NCBI GenBank assembly: GCA_964372275.1
Contig: CAYJRR010000013.1
Span: 1-50,760 of the forward strand
Direction: 5' to 3'
DNA from: an uncultured bacterium
Lineage (GTDB): Bacteria; CAYJRR01
DNA: 50,760 bases
The notes under the pieces were generated by a model that was not told the DNA's origin, made no database searches, and was given only the letters and a program-made list of their open reading frames with translations. Positions 45,689-50,760 of the stretch are shown here, piece after piece. Positions within the stretch are counted from its first letter, which is position 1. Every line of letters starts with the position of its first letter. The translations under genes and the position numbers were made by a program.

Positions 45689-47044
45689 CTACGCCCGGCC
45701 CGTGTGCGCGGAAGGGGCCGGGCGAGGGGCCGCCGGCAGGAGTCCCTGCGCGCGATACTCCTTCAGGCGGTACTGGATCTTGCGCACCGAGACGTTGAGC
45801 ACCGCGGCGGTCTTGTGGCTCGATCCGTTGCACGCGGCGAAGGTGCGCAGGATCGCGACCCGCTCGATCTCGGAGAGGGTCGCTCCCGGGATGCGGAGGT
45901 CGCCGCCGGCGCCGGTCGCCCCCGCGACGCGCGGAGGCAGCGACGCGCGGACGATCTCGCCGCCCGCGTGGGCGGAGACGGCGTGCTCGGCGACCGTCTC
46001 CAGCTCGCGGACGTTGCCGGGCCACTCGTAGGCGAGCAGCTGCGCCAGCACCTCCGGGGTCGTTTCGGGCGGGGCGATCCCTTCCCGACCGGCGATCCTC
46101 GCGACGAATCGCTTCCAGAGAGCGGGGATGTCGGCCGGCCGGCGGCGAAGCGGCGGAACGACGATCTTGGTCACCCCCAACCGGTAGACCAGGTCGTCGC
46201 GGAAGCGTCCGGAGGACGCCAGGCTGTCGAAGTCCTTCGACGACGACGCGATCACCCGGATGTCGGTCTTCGCATCGCCGGGCCGCTCGATCGCCGTCGT
46301 CTTCAGGTAGGGGATCAGTTTCAGTTGCAACGCCGCCGACAGGTCGGTCATCTCGCTCAGGAAGAGGGAGCCCCCCCGGGCCTCCTCGAAACGGGCGGTG
46401 TCGGTCAGCGACGCGCATTCGAGGGCGACGAACGGCCCCGAGGCGCGGTTGGACCGGCGATGGATCTCGCGCGCCAACAGCCCCTTGCCGGTTCCTGTCT
46501 CGCCCAAGAGGAGGACCGGCGATCGCAGCGTCGCGGCCCGGGCGATCGCCTTGAGCGCCTCCGCCATCTCCGGGCTGAAGGCGATCACGTCGCCGGCCGC
46601 CGGCGCCATCCCCTGCTGCGTCGCCTCGGCCACGCCGCCGTCGACGTGGGCGAGCGTTCGCTGCGCGTAGCCCAGGGCGCGCTCGATGTCGGCGTTGGAG
46701 AGCGGCTTGGAGAGGTAGTCGGCGGCGCCCAGTCGCAGCGACTCCACCGCCGTCTCGAGCGATCCGTACCCGGTGACCATCACCACCGGCAACTGTGGCG
46801 ATCGCTTCTTCAGGCGGGAGAGCAGTCCGACGCCGCTCATCCCGGGAAGCTTCACGTCGCACAGCGCCAGGGCCGGACGGACTCCGGTTCTCTCCAACGC
46901 TTCGAGCGCGAGCTCGCCGGATTCGACGGCGAGCGGCTGGAATCCGCGAAGCTCGATGGCGCTGCTCAACGCGGCGCGGGTCTCCGCGTCGTCTTCGACG
47001 GCGAGGATGAGGGGGGAGGCGGATTCGGTTTCGGCGCGGTTCAT
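45689..47044 (-). CDS. NtrC-family response regulator (REC-AAA+-Fis HTH) lacking GAFTGA
   Basis: REC (VEDD, CDVKLP, KP); GETGTGK; FRDDLVYRL; WPGNVREL; C-terminal HTH. The L1 loop is deleted and Walker B reads LFLSE. Confidence 0.92.
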   Translation of the reverse strand: MNRAETESASPLILAVEDDAETRAALSSAIELRGFQPLAVESGELALEALERTGVRPALALCDVKLPGMSGVGLLSRLKKRSPQLPVVMVTGYGSLETAVESLRLGAADYLSKPLSNADIERALGYAQRTLAHVDGGVAEATQQGMAPAAGDVIAFSPEMAEALKAIARAATLRSPVLLLGETGTGKGLLAREIHRRSNRASGPFVALECASLTDTARFEEARGGSLFLSEMTDLSAALQLKLIPYLKTTAIERPGDAKTDIRVIASSSKDFDSLASSGRFRDDLVYRLGVTKIVVPPLRRRPADIPALWKRFVARIAGREGIAPPETTPEVLAQLLAYEWPGNVRELETVAEHAVSAHAGGEIVRASLPPRVAGATGAGGDLRIPGATLSEIERVAILRTFAACNGSSHKTAAVLNVSVRKIQYRLKEYRAQGLLPAAPRPAPSAHTGRA

Positions 47045-47249
47045 GGGCGAGAGCTCTATCTCTTTGGTTCGAGTTCGGGCGCTTTTCTTTCGTCGCCTTC
47101 GTGTCGCCGGAAGCTATGCACGCCGGTCCCGTTGTCGAGCCCGGATCGGCAATTCCACCACGAGGCCGAACGGTCGGGGTGAAATCGCCGTGAAAAGCGG
47201 GCGGACGTGGCGCAGCTCTCGGGGCCTACGCTAGGATCCTTAGCCCCCC

Positions 47250-49979
47250 GTGATGACGTTCGACTCCGGAAGGCTGACCGAGCGGCGCTTCCGGACCTAC
47301 AAGTTCATCTTCCGCTTCTGCCGCCAGGAGCGGATGGCGCCCGAGCGGTTCTGGCTCCTCCCGTTCGACCGCCTCCGCTTCTCGGTCGGCGAGACGCTTC
47401 AAAACCTGAAGATCCCGTTCGCCGTCGCGCGCGAGCTCCGGAGCGCCATCGAGTCGGGACTGTCCGATCTTCGGCACGCGATCGGCCGGCGGGAGGACGA
47501 TCGGCGCGCGCCCGGCAATTTCCGGGTCGAGGAGGTGGACAGCCCGACGCTTGCGGAGAGGGTCGTCCGGTCGAGCCTCGCCCTCGATCCGTGGCTCGAC
47601 CCGGGGACGCTTCGCGCGTGGCTCGGGGGCGGCGGTGGGACGTTCCTGACGCAGGTCGCCGCCACCTACCGGAAGGCGTTCCTCGAGGAGCGCCTGCTGG
47701 CCCGCACCGAACCGACGACCTACCTGAATCAGCTCGCCGTCCTCCATTGCGTGCGTCGGGAGTGGGGGCGCGCCCGGGAGGCGCCGGAGGCGGCCGCCGG
47801 GTGGACGATGCGCGCGGAGATCGCATCGGCCTGTCTCCTCCACGCCCTGTTCGACGAGCTGGTGACGGCGTCGTTCGAGAATCCGGTGCTGGTCGACTCG
47901 ACGGCGATCGACGTCCGATCCGAATATCTCTTGAAGAGCAGCGTCTCCCCGATGCTCTTCCTCGGCGATCCGGCCACGGTCGTCGCCCACGAGGCGAATC
48001 CCTACGGATTCGGGACCGCGCTCCTGGACCGGACGGCGGTCCTGTTGGAAGGCTTCGATCCGATGGCCGAAGAGCTCGAGGACCGCGTCGAGTCGGCGGC
48101 GCGTTCGCTGATCGGCGATGCCGCAGCCGTTCGCGAAGCGGTCTCGCGGGCGTGGCTCGCCGAGGTGCGCGCGCAGGCGCTGGAGTCGTTGCAAGTCGCG
48201 GCGGCTCTCCCCGAGGAGCTGACGCGCCGGCTGGGGACGCTCGCGACCCGACCGGAGCTTCTCCGCGACATGCTGCTCGGCGGTACGGCGCGGGCCGCCT
48301 TGGTCGGCAGCCTTCGAGCGGCGCGATTGGAGCCGCTGGCCGAGCGGCTGGCGGCGGCCGACCGGTTGGACGACGACCCGTCGCGCGCCTTCGGCCGGGC
48401 GACGTCGCCGGAGGGGCTGCTCCGCGCTGCGCTGCGCTCGATCCTCGTCTTCCGGCTCGACCGGTCGACGCGCGAGGTGGTGGAGCGGTCGATCGGCCTC
48501 CTCGTCGACCGAAAGGCGCAGGAGTCGACCGAGGTGGTGGCCAACGAATACGAGCTCGGGCGGGTCTATCGGCTGGCGGCGGACGACGAGCCGATGCTGC
48601 GCCAGGAGGTGGCGCGCGAAGAGGCGCACCTGTTCATCGACCTGAAGGACTTCACCAAGCGGACGCACGCGGTGAAGGAGGTCCGCATGGCCGACTTCCT
48701 CAAGGAGGAGTTCTACGGACCCCTCCTCGCGCTCGCCCGGGAGAGCGTGCGGACCGGCGGACCGGCGGCCCTGTCGCTCAACAACCTGCTCGGCGACGCG
48801 CTCTCCTTCAGCGGCGAGGTGAAGACGCTGGTCGAGCTGGCGGAGCGGATCGGCGACCTGCTCGGCGGATACCGCGAGAAGCTGCGCGCCCGACTGCCGG
48901 AGGCGGTGATCCGCGGAGAGATGGCGCGGATCGACCGCGAGTACGCGCTGGAGAAGGCGCGCATCGCCGAGAAGCGGGCACAGCTCGAATCGGTCCTCCA
49001 CTCCCTGTCGGAGCCGGCGGTCGGGGGCGCGGCGCCGCACGAACGGACCGGCGTCTTCCAGGTCGGTTCGGGGCTGATCGGCGAGGCGAACCGCGCCATC
49101 AACGCGCTCTACCGGTTGGAGGAGGAGGACCGGAGCCTGGAGCGCGACGTGCAGGAGCGGGAGCAGTTCCTGGTCGGCGCGGACCTGGTGGCCGGCGTCT
49201 TCATCTCGTTCGGGGCGCCGGCGACCGCCGTCCGGCTGCGCGACCCTGCCTTCGGCGAGGTGAAGGTGGCGATCGCCGAGAAGATCAACGAATCGGCGCG
49301 CGGGACGGCGCGCAACGGGGAGGTGAAGCGGCGGCTCGATCTGCTCCTCCGGCGCGCGCGCGAGGACCGGAAGCGTCCGTCGCTCGAGTACCCGTTCCGC
49401 GTCTACATCGACAAGCTCTGGAACGTCGCCGTCCCGCCGGAGCTCACCGCGCGCTTCCGCGCCTGGCTCGAGACGCGGGACCGCCGCGAGGCGACGGAGC
49501 TGTTCGCCGAGCTGCGCGACCGGGTGGCCGCCTCGCCGGCCGCCTCCCCGCGCCGCCGCGGAGGGGCCCCGCCGGAATCGATCGGCGTCGTCCACGACCT
49601 GTACAACGGCGGGGTGGCGCTCTCGGAGGAGGCGCTGGGGGCCTACCAGAAAGCGACCCGCGAACGCTACGGCTTCTACGTGAAGAGCGTCGCCGTGTCG
49701 GAGCTTTGCCCGCCGATCCGGGAGCGTTTTTTCTTCGACACGCCGCGACTCCGGTTGGTCTTCGTCCTGACTCCCGGCGTCGACCGACCGCGCCACGTCT
49801 TTCGCTACGCGGGGAGCATGACCTTCCGCGGCTTCGAGCAACGGACCGCCATCGGGATCTGGGAGCAGCTCCACCCGCGCGATCCGTTCCTTGGGGCGCT
49901 GCTCGAACACCACGTCCCCACCTGGCTCACGTCGTTCCGCAAGAGCGCCGAGCTCGGAGGAGGGGAGGAGGGGGGATGA
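47250..49979 (+). CDS. Large hypothetical protein with split class III nucleotidyl cyclase-like motifs
   Basis: [23 protein letters not shown] and INESAR are separated by helical inserts; 909-aa ORF with coding-like codon bias. Confidence 0.75.
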   Translation: MMTFDSGRLTERRFRTYKFIFRFCRQERMAPERFWLLPFDRLRFSVGETLQNLKIPFAVARELRSAIESGLSDLRHAIGRREDDRRAPGNFRVEEVDSPTLAERVVRSSLALDPWLDPGTLRAWLGGGGGTFLTQVAATYRKAFLEERLLARTEPTTYLNQLAVLHCVRREWGRAREAPEAAAGWTMRAEIASACLLHALFDELVTASFENPVLVDSTAIDVRSEYLLKSSVSPMLFLGDPATVVAHEANPYGFGTALLDRTAVLLEGFDPMAEELEDRVESAARSLIGDAAAVREAVSRAWLAEVRAQALESLQVAAALPEELTRRLGTLATRPELLRDMLLGGTARAALVGSLRAARLEPLAERLAAADRLDDDPSRAFGRATSPEGLLRAALRSILVFRLDRSTREVVERSIGLLVDRKAQESTEVVANEYELGRVYRLAADDEPMLRQEVAREEAHLFIDLKDFTKRTHAVKEVRMADFLKEEFYGPLLALARESVRTGGPAALSLNNLLGDALSFSGEVKTLVELAERIGDLLGGYREKLRARLPEAVIRGEMARIDREYALEKARIAEKRAQLESVLHSLSEPAVGGAAPHERTGVFQVGSGLIGEANRAINALYRLEEEDRSLERDVQEREQFLVGADLVAGVFISFGAPATAVRLRDPAFGEVKVAIAEKINESARGTARNGEVKRRLDLLLRRAREDRKRPSLEYPFRVYIDKLWNVAVPPELTARFRAWLETRDRREATELFAELRDRVAASPAASPRRRGGAPPESIGVVHDLYNGGVALSEEALGAYQKATRERYGFYVKSVAVSELCPPIRERFFFDTPRLRLVFVLTPGVDRPRHVFRYAGSMTFRGFEQRTAIGIWEQLHPRDPFLGALLEHHVPTWLTSFRKSAELGGGEEGG

Positions 49980-50425
49980 CGAGACCGACCGTCCGATTCC
50001 AGCGACTCCGCGAGGAGGACGCCGACCTGCCGCTACCGGCGCGGATGAGCGAGCACGCGGCGGGTCTCGACCTGGCCGCCGCCGTCTCGAGCCCGGTCGT
50101 GCTTCCGCCGGGTGGCCGGGCCCGCGTCCCGACCGGCTTCGCCGTCGAGATCCCGACCGGCTTCGAGGGGCAGGTCCGGCCCCGGAGCGGTCTGGCGGCG
50201 AAGCACGGCGTCACCGTCCTGAACGGTCCGGGCACGATCGATGCCGACTACCGCGGCGAGGTCCAGGTGCTGCTGATCAACCTCGGCGACGGGCCGTTCA
50301 CCGTCGAGCGCGGGCAGCGGATCGCGCAGTTGGTGATCGCGCCGGTGACGGCGGTGGAGGCGGTCCTGGTGTCGGCGCTGTCGGCCACGGGCCGCGGCGA
50401 GGGGGGGTTCGGAAGCTCCGGGTAG
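49976..50425 (+). CDS. dut: dUTP diphosphatase
   Basis: [43 protein letters not shown] overlap with the upstream gene. Confidence 0.97.
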   Translation: MTRPTVRFQRLREEDADLPLPARMSEHAAGLDLAAAVSSPVVLPPGGRARVPTGFAVEIPTGFEGQVRPRSGLAAKHGVTVLNGPGTIDADYRGEVQVLLINLGDGPFTVERGQRIAQLVIAPVTAVEAVLVSALSATGRGEGGFGSSG

Positions 50426-50457
50426 CCCCCACGGGGGAAGGGGCCGTCGAGGCAGAC

Positions 50458-50487
50458 CTTGACAGCCCGGCGGGGGCGACCTATGTA
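50458..50487 (+). promoter_or_regulatory. Promoter of groES (RpoH-like/sigma70-like)
   Basis: CTTGACA...ACCTATGTA; TTGACA-N17-TATGTA. No CIRCE element seen. Confidence 0.6.
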
Positions 50488-50596
50488 GGGGCCGCGCGGA
50501 TCTCTGCGCGCTTCCAAAAGTTTCGAAAACACGCCCACTTGGGATGTCGATCCGAAGCGGGCGCTCGAACGACGAAAGAAGGAGAGGCTCATCGCG

Positions 50597-50760
50597 ATGA
50601 AGGTAAAGCCACTGTTCGACCGGTTGATCGTGACGCGCGTGGAAGAGGACGAGAAGACCAAGGGGGGGATCATCATCCCCGACAGCGCCAAGGAGAAGCC
50701 GCTGGAGGGGAAGGTGGTCGCCGCGGGCCAAGGGAAGGTGACCGAGGACGGCAAGATCGT
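50597..50760 (+). CDS. groES: Co-chaperonin GroES (5' part, runs off the window)
   Basis: [56 protein letters not shown]. Confidence 0.97.
   Translation, partial: MKVKPLFDRLIVTRVEEDEKTKGGIIIPDSAKEKPLEGKVVAAGQGKVTEDGKI

Noticed and set aside
50426-50596. CIRCE/HrcA operator before groES
   Set aside because: No TTAGCACTC-N9-GAGTGCTAA match; only a promoter and a short GC hairpin are visible.

Overview
This is a high-GC bacterial chromosomal window, probably from a Myxococcota/deltaproteobacterium-like organism. That placement is inferred from MYXO-CTERM-like tails, a stand-alone spdEFG1-type EF-G, bacterial topoisomerase VI and several sigma54 promoters. From left to right it contains: three co-oriented minus-strand Ig-repeat surface proteins (including a 2493-aa tandem-95 adhesin); a ~1.4-kb gap with no credible protein gene; hemG/hemN; a lipoprotein; a GT51 transglycosylase coupled to hemH; a SNF2 helicase plus SWIM protein; top6B-top6A-yaeQ; a block of accessory secreted proteins and lipoproteins; fusA; an M50 protease; a CRTAC1-like protein; a DksA/TraR protein; a degenerate NtrC-type regulator; a split cyclase-like protein; dut; and the start of groES. 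The standout is the gap at 12.45-13.46 kb. It looks like a complete, independently transcribed, ~1-kb highly structured non-coding RNA gene on the minus strand. It has a sigma54 promoter, a 15-bp helix pairing the 5' and 3' ends, many helices capped by GNRA/UUCG loops, a repeated purine-rich kink-turn-like module, an intrinsic terminator, and helically phased DnaA-box-like 9-mers upstream. I do not recognise it as any standard RNA class. All calls were made by eye; no searches or folding programs were run.
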